A DNA stretch of 64,000 nt from Methanotrichaceae archaeon (GCA_963803145.1 CAWDLW010000012.1:96001-160000), one strand, 5' to 3'. Counted from the stretch's first letter, positions 50,318-61,472 are shown. Translations and numbers: made by a program. The notes: generated from the letters alone by a model not told the origin.

Positions 50318-52510
50318 ATGAGGCTTCTGATAGTATCAAACCGCTTGCCAATTACAGTACTCGATGAGGGCGAGCTTAAATTTAAAGAGAGCGTGGGAGG
50401 GCTAGTCACTGGACTCAAGGCATACCTGGATACCAAGGGCGCCCAGTCATCCATAGATTACACCTGGATCGGGTGGCCTGGAGCAACTATAAAAGATCAA
50501 AATAAAGAAAAACTAAAATCCAAAGTCTATTCAGACCTGCATGCTTATCCTGTTTTTCTATCCGAGGCCGCTATGGACAAATTTTATCACGGATTTTGCA
50601 ACAGAACAATATGGCCACTATTTCATTACTTTACATCCAATGTTGTCTATGATGAAGAAGGATGGGATTATTATAAATCGGTTAATGAGGCATTTTGTGA
50701 AGCAGTCGTGCAGATCGTCCGACCTGACGACGTAGTTTGGATACACGATTACCATTTGATGCTGCTTCCAAAGCTTATAAGGGAAAAGGTTCCTGGAATA
50801 CCGATAGGATTTTTCTTGCATATTCCATTTCCCTCATATGAGGTGTTCCGCCTTCTTCCAAGCATCTGGCGTACTGAGCTTCTTGAGGGACTTCTTGGAT
50901 CGGATCTCATAGGATTTCATACCCATGACTATACTCAGTATTTCATGCGATGTGTCCTCCGCATTCTGGGCTACGAGAATAACATGGGGCAAATTGCTAG
51001 AGACGATCATCTTGTGAGTGTGGGTACATTTCCTATGGGGATTGATTTCCAGAAGTTTTATGATGCGGCGCTCAGCACTGAAGTGCAGGCTGAGAGAGAT
51101 GATCTGAAGAAAGTACTAGGCGGCCATAAGATCATACTTTCGATAGACCGATTGGATTACACGAAAGGGGTCATCAGCAGACTTCTCGGATATGAGCGCT
51201 TCCTGGAAAAGAACCAGCAATGGTGCGAAAAAGCTGTCTTAGTGCTCATGGTAGTTCCTTCTAGAACAAAGGTGGAGCATTATCAGCAGATGAAGAGGCA
51301 GATAGATGAGCTCGTCGGCCGCATAAATGGCAAGTTCGGAAGCATAGACTGGACACCCATATTATACCATTATAAGTTCATTGAATTTAATAAATTAATC
51401 GCACTTTATAATGTTGCCGATGCCGCTTTGGTCACACCTCTGAGAGACGGCATGAATCTAATTGCAAAAGAGTATCTAGCGACGAAGACCGATGGAAAGG
51501 GCGTCCTGATATTGAGCGAGATGGCTGGCGCATCAAAAGAGGTAAGAGAAGCCATCATTATAAATCCGAATGATATTGGAGAGATAGCTTCCGCACTTAA
51601 GGAAGCACTCGAGATGCCTGAGGAAGAGCAGATAAGGCGCAATGGGATAATGCAATCGCGTCTCAGGCGTCATGATGTAACTCAATGGGCGGATAGCTTC
51701 ATCCAGGCATTGCTCTCAATGAAGGAAGATGAAAGGAGCCTTGATTACAAACTACTCGGACCATCTGTAAAAGGACAGATGATAGACGATTTCCTCAAAG
51801 CACAGAAGAGGCTTATACTGCTGGACTACGATGGAACTCTTGTCAAGTTCGCAAGCCATCCACAGGCTGCAAGGCCCACGGAGGAAGTACTGAAAGTGCT
51901 CAGACAGCTCTCTGAGAATCCTAAAAACGAGGTTGTGCTTTTAAGTGGGCGTGACAGGATCACTCTTCAGAGCTGGTTCGGCGTTCTAGGCATCGGTCTG
52001 GTTGCAGAACACGGCGCATGGATAAAAAGAAAGAATGAGGAGTGGAGGATGTCAAAACCGCTGACGAACGATTGGAAACCCAAGATTCTTCCTATCCTTG
52101 AGATGTATTCTGATAGACTGCCCGGTTCATTTATCGAGGACAAAGACTTCTCGTTGGCATGGCATTACCGTATGGCAGATCATGAGATGGCGTCGATTGT
52201 ATCAAAGGAGCTGCTTGATGATCTAGTGAGATTCACTGCGAATATAGGCGTTCAAATTCTTCAGGGTAACAGAGTAATAGAGATAAGAAATCCCGGAATG
52301 AATAAAGGAGATGCAGCTACAATCTGGACTGCAGAAAACGGATTTGATTTTATCTTGGCGATAGGCGATGACTGGACAGATGAAGATATGTTCAAGATTT
52401 TGCCTGAGACCGCATATTCCATAAAAGTTGGCAGGGCGCAATCTCAAGCAAAGTATAACTTAACAGACCAAGACGACGTGATAGATTTGCTGCAGGAGCT
52501 TGCGAAATGA
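50318..52510 (+). CDS. Bifunctional trehalose-6-phosphate synthase/phosphatase
   Basis: VSNRLP, HDYHL, DRLDYTKG, DGMNL; HAD domain LDYDGTL, GDDWTDE. Confidence 0.95.
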   Translation: MRLLIVSNRLPITVLDEGELKFKESVGGLVTGLKAYLDTKGAQSSIDYTWIGWPGATIKDQNKEKLKSKVYSDLHAYPVFLSEAAMDKFYHGFCNRTIWPLFHYFTSNVVYDEEGWDYYKSVNEAFCEAVVQIVRPDDVVWIHDYHLMLLPKLIREKVPGIPIGFFLHIPFPSYEVFRLLPSIWRTELLEGLLGSDLIGFHTHDYTQYFMRCVLRILGYENNMGQIARDDHLVSVGTFPMGIDFQKFYDAALSTEVQAERDDLKKVLGGHKIILSIDRLDYTKGVISRLLGYERFLEKNQQWCEKAVLVLMVVPSRTKVEHYQQMKRQIDELVGRINGKFGSIDWTPILYHYKFIEFNKLIALYNVADAALVTPLRDGMNLIAKEYLATKTDGKGVLILSEMAGASKEVREAIIINPNDIGEIASALKEALEMPEEEQIRRNGIMQSRLRRHDVTQWADSFIQALLSMKEDERSLDYKLLGPSVKGQMIDDFLKAQKRLILLDYDGTLVKFASHPQAARPTEEVLKVLRQLSENPKNEVVLLSGRDRITLQSWFGVLGIGLVAEHGAWIKRKNEEWRMSKPLTNDWKPKILPILEMYSDRLPGSFIEDKDFSLAWHYRMADHEMASIVSKELLDDLVRFTANIGVQILQGNRVIEIRNPGMNKGDAATIWTAENGFDFILAIGDDWTDEDMFKILPETAYSIKVGRAQSQAKYNLTDQDDVIDLLQELAK

Positions 52511-52559
52511 TTAATAAATACGGCAAATCTTTAAGGTTTAATTGTATCGTACAGTAAGT

Positions 52560-52876
52560 ATGACCGATTATGCTCGATTGATTTATAAGGCCAGAGAAGC
52601 TGGAATTGCAGTAATCTACGTTGATCCTACTTATACCTCACAGACATGTCCCAGATGCAATCATATAAGCAGAAATAATCGATATGGCCTGGAGTTCCGC
52701 TGTGAGATATGCGGTTATGAATCTCATGCCGATCGAGTGGGTGCTATGAATATAGAGCACAGAACACGAGACTTGAGGTATATCTTTGAGTCTCAGGGCG
52801 GTACTGTCAGCCCGCCAGACGCAACACGATTTTTTGCGTAGTTGCAAGCCACGGCCTTCAGGCCGTGGTAGTTGAC
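52560..52876 (+). mobile_element. tnpB: IS200/IS605 remnant: TnpB C-terminal fragment plus right end
   Basis: YKAREAG..V..VDPTYTSQTCPRC...FRCEICG...ADRVGAMNI; right-end hairpin ccacggccttcaggccgtgg followed by tagttgac. Confidence 0.88.
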
Positions 52877-52896
52877 TATCTGTATCTTCTATAGGC

Positions 52897-53079
52897 TCAT
52901 CCTTCCAGCCACTTCTCGAACTGCCTTTGACCGCAGATCTTCTTGATAATGATAGTGCCATCTCTAAGATAGTCAAGATCAAGCTCACAATCTCCATTCA
53001 GCTTGAGTTTATCTCTGATTTCAGCAGGCAGCTCTATTCTCCCGTTGGCATCGAGCTTGATGATCGGCATGTCTCTCAC
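52897..53079 (-). CDS. AbrB-family small regulator
   Basis: KLDANGRIELPAEIRDKL. Confidence 0.8.
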   Translation of the reverse strand: MRDMPIIKLDANGRIELPAEIRDKLKLNGDCELDLDYLRDGTIIIKKICGQRQFEKWLEG

Positions 53080-53316
53080 TATAAAGAACGTTCGAGGTCT
53101 ATTTTATTAAGCTTTGTTTTAAGATGAGGTTCATATCAGGATGATCTGATGGCACTATAGGCTGTTATTATGCATACAATATGTTAGAATCCGCAGAAAG
53201 ACCAAACGCTCTGATTTAGGAAAAAAGCAAAGCAAATATTAAACTTATTTTGGATATCTAGAAAAACGAATTAAACCTAGTAAATGATCGTTAAACGATC
53301 ATAAATTAATGGGGGA

Positions 53317-54192
53317 TCAGCTTTTGCTGATCATAGTGCCCACGCCTTCGTTTGTCAAAAGCTCAAGAAGAATTGCATGAGATTTCCTGCCATCGATAAT
53401 ATGTGCCTTATCAACGCCGCCCTGGACAACACGCACGCAGGCTTCTACCTTTGGAATCATTCCACCTTTAATAACTCCGCTTTGAACCAGCCTCTCAAAA
53501 TCAGATATAGGAAACTCCGAGATTACTGAATTCGGATCATCAGGATTCATGCGGACGCCCTCAACATCGGTTATAGAAAAGAACTTCTTGGCGCGGAGGG
53601 AGATAGCGATCGCGCCAGCTGCAGTATCCGCGTTCACATTCAGATTGTTGCCTTCATTATCGGCGGCTATCGGAGAAACCACAGGAATGTAGCCTTTGCC
53701 TGCCATGATCATTAGTATCTCAGGGTCCACATCCTCCACCTCTCCTACCCATCCAAGATCCACAGGCTCTTTCCCTTGAATTTTGACAGGCGCCTTTTTC
53801 CTGGCCTTTAGAAACATCCCATCCTGGCCGGATAATCCAATGCCCTTTCCGCCATACTTTCCTATCATTGATACCAGTTCGGCGTTAATATTGCCTAGAA
53901 GAACCATGCGGGCGATCTCCAGCGTCTCTTTATCCGTGACCCTCAGTCCGCTCACAAACTCCGCCTTCTTTCCGAACTTCTCCATGGCCTCTGAGATCTC
54001 AGGCCCTCCACCGTGGACTATTATCGGCTGAATGCCGATGTAACGCAAGAGAACGATGTCTTCAATAAAATCCTCCAAGACGTCCTTGTTTGACATTATG
54101 GAGCCGCCGATCTTGAAGACCATGATTGAGTCGTAGAACTCACGGATATAGGGCAAAGCTTCGATCAGGACCTGTTCTTTCTTAGCCGACAC
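53317..54192 (-). CDS. argB: Acetylglutamate kinase
   Basis: KIGG, VHGGGP, NVNAD, GGMIPK. Confidence 0.95.
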   Translation of the reverse strand: MSAKKEQVLIEALPYIREFYDSIMVFKIGGSIMSNKDVLEDFIEDIVLLRYIGIQPIIVHGGGPEISEAMEKFGKKAEFVSGLRVTDKETLEIARMVLLGNINAELVSMIGKYGGKGIGLSGQDGMFLKARKKAPVKIQGKEPVDLGWVGEVEDVDPEILMIMAGKGYIPVVSPIAADNEGNNLNVNADTAAGAIAISLRAKKFFSITDVEGVRMNPDDPNSVISEFPISDFERLVQSGVIKGGMIPKVEACVRVVQGGVDKAHIIDGRKSHAILLELLTNEGVGTMISKS

Positions 54193-54240
54193 TTTCCATC
54201 TCCTACTATTCTGCTTTCACTATCCTTCCTTACCATATCT

Positions 54241-55953
54241 TTAATCTATGGACATCAGCACATCGCCGGGGGAAACGGTTATGCCCTCTTCAACGTAGAT
54301 CTCCTTGATCATGCCGTCTTTGTTGGCAAATACGTTATTTTCCATCTTCATTGCCTCAAGTATTGCCACTATATCCCCTTTAGCGACCTTATCGCCTTTC
54401 TTCACCTTATATTTGATGATGACACCCTGCATAGGAACAGTGACACCATTTGTCGGTGCCTTGGGCTGGACCTCCTGAATTGTCATGCCTGCAGGCGCGA
54501 CCTTGACAAGATATGCCTCCCCATCGACTTCGATATTGAACGCCATGGGTTCGGCCTTGATATTTGATGTTGATGAAGCAGGTGCCGTGGGCTGCTTCTT
54601 AACAAGAGGCTCTTCTACTGCTGTGCCCTGCAGAAACTTCACTGCAACCTGTGGATAGAGTGCATATGTGAGGTAATCCTCCTCCTTCTTGGCAATGCCG
54701 AGCGCATCCAGCTCCTTCTTGGCCTTCTCGTACTCAGGCTTAAGAAGATCAGCTGGCCTGACTGTTATTGGCTCCTCATCGCAGAGCACCTTTAGCCTGA
54801 CCTTTGGATCGATCATGCCAGGAGACTTTCCATAAAGCCCCTTTACATAGTCCTTGACCTCTTTGGGAACCATCTTGTACCTATCGCCTGTGATAACATT
54901 GAGCACTGCTTGAGTTCCGACAATCTGGCTGGTCGGCGTCACAAGCGGCGGATAGCCCAGGTCCTTCCTGACCTTGGGAATCTCGGCCAACACGTCTTCA
55001 TATTTATCAAGGGCCTTCTGCTCTATTAGCTGAGAGACAAGGTTTGATAGCATGCCTCCGGGAACCTGATAAGCAAGCACATTAGTATCAACACGGGCAG
55101 AAATGGGGTTAAATACTGAAGAATATATCTCCATTACCTTCTCGAAGTATCTCTTGATCTCTGTAAGGGCGCCTAGATCCAGTCCAGTATCATAGAATGT
55201 ACCTTGGAGTGCAGCCACTACGCTTTCAGTCGAAGGCTGAGATGTGCCTCCTGATAGAGGCGATATCGCTGTATCTAATATATCGACACCCGCTTGACAT
55301 GCACGGAAATAGCTCATCTGGGCCATGCCGCTTGTGCAATGGGTGTGGAGGTCTACGGGCAGGTTGACCTCCTTCTTAATGGCCGTGATAAGGTTGTAAG
55401 CATTCTCAGGCGTGATAAGCCCAGCCATATCCTTGATGCAAATAGAATCAGAGCCGAGCCCAGCCAGCTTGGAAGCAAAATCAGTAAACTGCTCGATTGT
55501 ATGAACTGGGCTTATGGTATAGCTTATTGATCCCTGGACATGGGCACCCATACGCTTGGCGACTTCGATCGATTTCTCCATATTTCTGATATCGTTAACA
55601 GCATCAAAGATCCTGAATATATCGACGCCATTCACTGAAGCTTTCTCAACGAATTTCTCAACTACATCGTCAGAATAATGCCTATATCCGACAAGGTTCT
55701 GCCCACGAAGAAGCATCTGCATCGGAGTTTTAGGCATAGCCTTCTTTAGTGCACGCAAGCGCTCCCAAGGATCTTCATTCAGGTACCTAATGCAGGTATC
55801 GAAGGTAGCGCCGCCCCACATCTCCAGAGAGAAAAATCCGATCTCATCCATAGCCTCTGCTATTGGGAGCATATCCCTTGTTCTCATCCTAGTAGCCAGA
55901 AGCGATTGGTGAGCATCTCTGAAAGCCGTATCAGTAAGTTTTACCCTGCCCAT
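54241..55953 (-). CDS. pycB: Pyruvate carboxylase subunit B (carboxyltransferase-biotin carrier)
   Basis: RDAHQSL, WGGATFD, IKDMAG, EAMKM. Confidence 0.92.
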   Translation of the reverse strand: MGRVKLTDTAFRDAHQSLLATRMRTRDMLPIAEAMDEIGFFSLEMWGGATFDTCIRYLNEDPWERLRALKKAMPKTPMQMLLRGQNLVGYRHYSDDVVEKFVEKASVNGVDIFRIFDAVNDIRNMEKSIEVAKRMGAHVQGSISYTISPVHTIEQFTDFASKLAGLGSDSICIKDMAGLITPENAYNLITAIKKEVNLPVDLHTHCTSGMAQMSYFRACQAGVDILDTAISPLSGGTSQPSTESVVAALQGTFYDTGLDLGALTEIKRYFEKVMEIYSSVFNPISARVDTNVLAYQVPGGMLSNLVSQLIEQKALDKYEDVLAEIPKVRKDLGYPPLVTPTSQIVGTQAVLNVITGDRYKMVPKEVKDYVKGLYGKSPGMIDPKVRLKVLCDEEPITVRPADLLKPEYEKAKKELDALGIAKKEEDYLTYALYPQVAVKFLQGTAVEEPLVKKQPTAPASSTSNIKAEPMAFNIEVDGEAYLVKVAPAGMTIQEVQPKAPTNGVTVPMQGVIIKYKVKKGDKVAKGDIVAILEAMKMENNVFANKDGMIKEIYVEEGITVSPGDVLMSID

Positions 55954-56445
55954 GAAGGTCTTCTCCTACAACCTTGTACTTAAACCTCTTCAATCTTGCA
56001 GACGAATATGGCTCGTTTAATTGGTCTCTCGCCGCTGTTCATAGCATTTTGACCGGCGATGAAACTATAGGATCTCTGAAGAGATCGCCGTTAGATCTTA
56101 ATTCTCCAGCAGTGGCCACGATGTGTTATATAAATCTGGTGGATTCGATCGTGATCGTAATTGATTGTAATTCATAGGGCCGAATTTATATAAGGCCCGA
56201 TAATTCTATGTTTGCTTCATCTGCCCAATCAGACTCTGCAGATTTACCTCTGATTAAAGATCTGCTGCATATCAAAGCAAATGTGACCAAATAAACTCTG
56301 ATTATAGCTAATTTTAGAACGCCTCACAACCATACCAAGATTCGCATCGCGAAGGTTATATATTCAAATTCTAATCAGCCATCTACAAGGCTTCCCGGGT
56401 TTTGGGCATGGGCTACAAACTATTTCTCATTTCATAGCGCTCAGC

Positions 56446-56515
56446 CTTACTGTGATACTCTTACTGTAATACTCTTACAGTAATACTCTTGCCGTAATAC
56501 TCTTGCCGTAATACT
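56446..56515. repeat. Five tandem 14-bp repeats (CTTACTGTAATACT-like)
   Basis: cttactgtgatact cttactgtaatact cttacagtaatact cttgccgtaatact cttgccgtaatact. Confidence 0.9.
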
Positions 56516-56982
56516 ATTAGTGTTCAATAGTGTCCAAAGAGCACTTTAGGATGCTTTTATAGACCAAATGGAGATCTTGAATTTATATCTAGAACATAAA
56601 TCCGGAACCCTTTGGTAAAACAAGCTTTAGCCCTAAATGATCAATTTTGCTAGTGTTTCCTCTGTATGATCAGAAAAAGTTATAAATTATCGAGTAATAC
56701 ACTTATGATATAGTAAAAGATGGAATTCGAAGAGTAATGGTGAAGTTCGCGAAGTACAATCACCTCGCCGGATCTCATCTGGGCCGGACACGCTGGAAAG
56801 ATCTAAACCACGGCCGTCTAAGCACAACTGAAGTAATCTTGTTTAGCTGGTTTATTACTAAGATAATAAATCTGAGTCCATGTTCTGACTCTATCAGAAG
56901 CGATTTATACAGATGTGTACAGTTTTGGAATACAAGTGTCTATTAATAATATGAGAGCCTTGTATTTGTTTGGAGATAAAGC

Positions 56983-57390
56983 ATGAGACTTAGAGTAGTA
57001 AGTTCAAGAACTGAGATTCCGGGCCTAAGCCCAAATGAGAAGATGATTCACCTAGCATTCAGGGCATCAAACGTTGATTTCCTTAACTTGATGCAGAAAT
57101 GTCCAAGGCTCAGAATGATCCAGGTACCTCCCTCCTACAAAAAGACCATGTCCAACGCAATCCAGGTATTTTTGGATATGCAGGGCATTGAACTCCTTGA
57201 GGGCGATGTTTGGGGCCACAGAAAGGACCTCGACGAGTACTTCACAGTTGAAGATACAACTATGGAGGAGATCCGCGCCCTTGCAGCCAGCGGTGTAAGC
57301 ACTGATGAGGTTGCAGCCCAGATCCAGAAGAAGGCAAGGCTCGGACCGGACCTGATCAAGTACATAGCCAAGACAAAGCTGACAGCATAA
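56983..57390 (+). CDS. DUF1699-family protein
   Basis: MRLRVVSS, HLAFRASNVDF, LLEGDVWGHRKDLDEY. Confidence 0.88.
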   Translation: MRLRVVSSRTEIPGLSPNEKMIHLAFRASNVDFLNLMQKCPRLRMIQVPPSYKKTMSNAIQVFLDMQGIELLEGDVWGHRKDLDEYFTVEDTTMEEIRALAASGVSTDEVAAQIQKKARLGPDLIKYIAKTKLTA

Positions 57391-57884
57391 GCCAGACTTA
57401 GAGCTGGCTTCATAATTTCCCTCCCTCATACCCAACTATTTTTTCAGATTCTTGTTACCCTATTCGGCATAATTCCTGAACACATTTGTTCATTTGATCA
57501 GGTGATTATGAGCCTTTGTGATCCTGTATGAATTCCTTCTGGCATTATTGCCTAAAAAGCAGTATACAACATCTTCCTAAACCGGCACACTTCGGGTAAT
57601 GTATGCAGGAATAAGCATATACAAGCATATAAGCGTGCACATAAAAAAGCATAATGAAATGAATAAGCATCATGATATAAGGGGTCCACCGCTCTATGCA
57701 TAAGCGATATATCTCTGCCTATCTTTTATTATTCTATGAATATTGTCAGTTTTAGTATCATTCAATCTGACATAAACCTATTTATTCCTATGTTTATCGT
57801 CGGCAAATACCGATCTATTCAGAAGTGTACATTACAAGTGTCTATTAATAATATGATAAACTCTTTCATTAATTGGAGATTAAA

Positions 57885-58292
57885 ATGAGACTTAGAGTAG
57901 TCAGCTCAAAGAATGAGATATCAAGTTTGAACCCCAACGAGAAGATGATTCACCTAGCATTCAGGGCATCAAATGTTGATTTCCTTAACCTTTTGCAGAG
58001 TTGTCCAAGACTCAGAATGATCCAGGTACCTCCTTCTTACAGAAAGACCATGTCCAACGCAATCCTGGTGTTCTTGGATATGCAGGGCATTGAGCTCCTT
58101 GAGGGCGATGTTTGGGGCCACAGAAAGGACCTCGACGAGTACTTCACAGTTGAAGATACAACTATGGAGGAGATCCGCGCCCTTGCGGCCAGCGGTGTAA
58201 GCACTGATGAGGTTGCAGCCCAGATCCAGAAGAAGGCTAAGCTCGGACCCGATCTGATCAAGTACATAGCTAAGGACAAGGTTACTGTATAA
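57885..58292 (+). CDS. DUF1699-family protein (tandem paralog)
   Basis: Near-identical to 56983..57390. Confidence 0.88.
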   Translation: MRLRVVSSKNEISSLNPNEKMIHLAFRASNVDFLNLLQSCPRLRMIQVPPSYRKTMSNAILVFLDMQGIELLEGDVWGHRKDLDEYFTVEDTTMEEIRALAASGVSTDEVAAQIQKKAKLGPDLIKYIAKDKVTV

Positions 58293-58359
58293 ATCAATAA
58301 ATCAGATTTAGGTCGGCACTCAAGCGGGCTTCTTTTTCCTCTTATAATCTTTTAGGGAA

Positions 58360-58495
58360 TCTACTCATATTGAGTTGTAGAGTATAGAAACCATAACTAG
58401 ACAAAACAACTCATCACAGAGACACAGAGAAAAATACAAAAAGGCTCTGGATAATAATATTAAAATCTCTCTGTGCCTCTGCGTCTCTGTGGTGA
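58360..58495. repeat. IS-end fragment (as at 4588) followed by a CACAGAGAC...CTCTGTG palindromic element
   Basis: cacagagacacagaga ... ctctgtgcctctgcgtctctgtg inverted arms. Confidence 0.6.
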
Positions 58496-58675
58496 ATACG
58501 TATAGGCTCACTACAAAGCACGATTTTATGGATGGCCAAATCAGGGGCGGCCACTTTAAGCGCTTAGGTTATAGATCGTAAAAGATTAGATCAACTAAAT
58601 TGTGGTAGACTACCGGCTTTTAACAATGTTGTAAAGAGTTCTCTTTTCGACATGGGACCATATGTTTGACTCTTT

Positions 58676-58756
58676 TCAATTCGGTTTAATCGCTTTTGTT
58701 CAACTCGGTTTAACCGCAATTTCTAATCGCAATTTCTAACCGCAATTCCTAACCGT
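58676..58756. repeat. Short degenerate tandem repeats (13-bp AATTTCTAACCGC)
   Basis: tcggtttaa.cgc x2, then aatt.ctaa.cg x3. Confidence 0.65.
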
Positions 58757-59421
58757 TATTTCTTATTTGCTCCCAGCTCCAATAGCAGTTGTGAGAATCG
58801 TTCTGGCATGGAAGCCATTGGCACGTGGGATGTCGTGAGCTCAATATAGTTCCATCCTTTTCCATCAGCTGCAATTTTTTGACGGGCACCTTTAGTAACG
58901 ATAGCAAACTCGCTTTCCGTACAGAGGATATAGGTTTTAGGCAGCATCTGTATCTTCTGTGTATCATAATGCAGTTTTTCCACATAGGCTGATGCTTTCT
59001 CCAGTCCAGCAAACGACATAGGATCACACCCGCTGGAGGCAAAAAGGTCAAATAGCGATTGTCCCGGACTGGGCAGTGCCGCATCAACATACACCAGACG
59101 GCTGATTCTCTCCGGCATCCTGGCCGCGACACCTGTTATAACCATGCCGCCGTAGCTGTGCCCGACAAGTATTGCATCCTCCAAATTATTATCGATAATT
59201 ATGGTGCATATTTGGTCAATGTGCCCTGTCAGATTGCTCGTGTGTTCATCCATAAGCGTTGGCGCAAAAACACGACAGTTCTGTGCCTCGAGAACAGGAA
59301 TAATGCTATTCCATATTCTGCCGCCCAGCGTGCCGCCAGATGGATAAACCTCCTTCTTGGCAAGTTTATTCCAGGTATCTGTAGACATATTACCGCCATG
59401 GACAAGAACATAAGTGCTCAT
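58756..59421 (-). CDS. Alpha/beta hydrolase (esterase-like)
   Basis: YVLVHGG, GHSYGG, LVYVDA, SHVPM. Confidence 0.9.
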   Translation of the reverse strand: MSTYVLVHGGNMSTDTWNKLAKKEVYPSGGTLGGRIWNSIIPVLEAQNCRVFAPTLMDEHTSNLTGHIDQICTIIIDNNLEDAILVGHSYGGMVITGVAARMPERISRLVYVDAALPSPGQSLFDLFASSGCDPMSFAGLEKASAYVEKLHYDTQKIQMLPKTYILCTESEFAIVTKGARQKIAADGKGWNYIELTTSHVPMASMPERFSQLLLELGANKK

Positions 59422-59523
59422 CGGCTCATCCCTCATGAAGGCAAATTGCCTATGAAAAGAAAAAGGTTTCCCGCCAAATGAGGAATTTGGCTTCAATTCT
59501 AAGTGGATTATCTTTCCCAATTG

Positions 59524-60219
59524 TTATATTATGCCCGTTCCCGATGTTTTCAGGGTATCTATGGGAGGAACAGGCGGCTCAGGCTGCGGATTGAGCGAAA
59601 CACGTTCGAGGCCGCTCGTTGGTTTTCCCAGATTTGATGACATAAAAAGATCCGGGAAATTGGGATGAAGATCTATACTTGATGCATTCAATTCATTCAT
59701 GTCAACCTTCTTCCCGGTCGTTTTGAGGTCAGACATCGCATAGGTCTCTGTCCTCGTCCATTTTGTGCCGCTGAAGCCACCGGTCTCCTGAACCAAAGTT
59801 ATCTTATCGTTTGATTCAATGCCCAAAGTCAAGGAGCCGCTGCCTAAGCTACTGCCTTTTGGAACATCCATCCAATTAATCTCGATTGTGCTGCCAGTAA
59901 TCTTGCCGTAAGCAACATTTGTTCTGGATTGATCTGAAGGCTCTCCAAGCCATGCGAGCGTATTTCCTATCTGTCTGATATAGTACTTGCTTCCATCATC
60001 GCAGTTCCAGGTGCCTGTCAAATCGATAGATGCGGCATCTGTATTGAAGTCAGAATCCTGCTTCACTTGGCTGGTATCGGGCATGGCCTGAATGTGTGTA
60101 CTTCCGGCATCAAAGGTGTTGTTACTGTCTGTATCTGAGCCCAAACAGACCGGTAAAAGAATAATTGCGCCTAAAAATAGCGCCATCAGCTTTCCGATAA
60201 TCGATCTTATTGGTGCCAT
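59524..60219 (-). CDS. Secreted hypothetical protein
   Basis: Signal peptide; DLTGTWNCDDGSKYYIRQ domain; C-terminal LNPQPEPP. Confidence 0.7.
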   Translation of the reverse strand: MAPIRSIIGKLMALFLGAIILLPVCLGSDTDSNNTFDAGSTHIQAMPDTSQVKQDSDFNTDAASIDLTGTWNCDDGSKYYIRQIGNTLAWLGEPSDQSRTNVAYGKITGSTIEINWMDVPKGSSLGSGSLTLGIESNDKITLVQETGGFSGTKWTRTETYAMSDLKTTGKKVDMNELNASSIDLHPNFPDLFMSSNLGKPTSGLERVSLNPQPEPPVPPIDTLKTSGTGII

Positions 60220-60311
60220 AAATCAACCCCCGTTCACGTGCTGGTTTTATTACTACTAATATCTTCCTCCAATAAGAAAAGTTCATCTCACCTCAGGCTC
60301 ATGTCCAACAC

Positions 60312-61472
60312 ATGAAATGTGACGTGCTGGTGGTTGGCGCATCGCCAGCAGGCATTATGGCTTCGATCTCTGCAGCACGAGCGGGATCAAACGTTATTAT
60401 GATAGATAGAGATCTCGATAGCCTGAATCATCCTGCAAATACCATTTTCGAAGGGATGGCCTCGCGTGCCGGGCTTGAGATCAACGATAGCTATGTGCTG
60501 AAGACGCTTAAGGGCATGCACATACTCTCTCCATCAGGCTATGCTGTAACAATACCGGCAAAGGGCTACTTCCTGGATAGAAAAATGTTTGATGATCATT
60601 ATATCAGTATAGCTGAAGACGCCGGAGTAACTTTGCATCAATGTACAGCCACGCGCATTAAGCTGACCGATGGCATAAGATTTGTTTCAACCAGCATTGG
60701 CGACATCGAGGCGAAAATTGTAGTGGATGCAACAGGTGTTAAGCCGGCTCTTGCGGCCGAGGCTGGACTATCCCCCATGCGCCATCCGAATGATATCGCC
60801 TGGGCAATGGAGGCAACGGTTCAGCATCCGTGTCTGGGAGAGGAGGATTTTTTCCAGTACTGGATAGGCAGCATGGCCCCAGGCTGGAAGGCAACATTCT
60901 CGCCTGCCGGAGGCGATATCGCAACGCTGGGCGTATTTGTCAGGGGCCATGGATCAGATGTTAAACCGTTCTTTCGCAGATTCCTGAGCCACTTCAAGCA
61001 GTACAAATTGAAGGCCTATAGAGATATCGAGAATATGAGGATACTATCTGCACACATAGGCGGCGATCCAATTGCTGTCTTACCTCACGAGATTGTTTCA
61101 GACGGCTTCATGGTTGTAGGCGGAGCTGCAGGTCAGAGCGGTCTCGCATATTCAATGCGGGCAGGTGCGATCTGCGGCGAAGTAGCGTCAAATGCTATCT
61201 TGGATGGCGATGTATCGCACAGGGCACTGACAAGATATGAGCGTCTCTGGCGGTCTGAATTCTACTGGGAGTACCGCCTGGGGAGAGCAGCTCTTGAGAC
61301 ACTGCGATATTTAAAGGATGATGAGATCGATCGGCTTGTTCAGGGAATGTCAGGCAAAGGCCTGATAACAGATGGGCCGCTTTACAAAAAAGCTGTTAAT
61401 GGAGCAATGTTGGCTGCATCTATCAGGCCTAGAATTACGTTCGATCTCATCCTGAACTTGGCAAGGAGTTGA
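60312..61472 (+). CDS. Geranylgeranyl reductase-like FAD oxidoreductase
   Basis: DVLVVGASPAG, LDRKMFD, VVDATG, VGGAAG. Confidence 0.85.
   Translation: MKCDVLVVGASPAGIMASISAARAGSNVIMIDRDLDSLNHPANTIFEGMASRAGLEINDSYVLKTLKGMHILSPSGYAVTIPAKGYFLDRKMFDDHYISIAEDAGVTLHQCTATRIKLTDGIRFVSTSIGDIEAKIVVDATGVKPALAAEAGLSPMRHPNDIAWAMEATVQHPCLGEEDFFQYWIGSMAPGWKATFSPAGGDIATLGVFVRGHGSDVKPFFRRFLSHFKQYKLKAYRDIENMRILSAHIGGDPIAVLPHEIVSDGFMVVGGAAGQSGLAYSMRAGAICGEVASNAILDGDVSHRALTRYERLWRSEFYWEYRLGRAALETLRYLKDDEIDRLVQGMSGKGLITDGPLYKKAVNGAMLAASIRPRITFDLILNLARS

Noticed and set aside
53284-53302. Palindrome ATGATCGT-TAA-ACGATCAT
   Set aside because: Lies just downstream of argB; an ordinary terminator-like hairpin.
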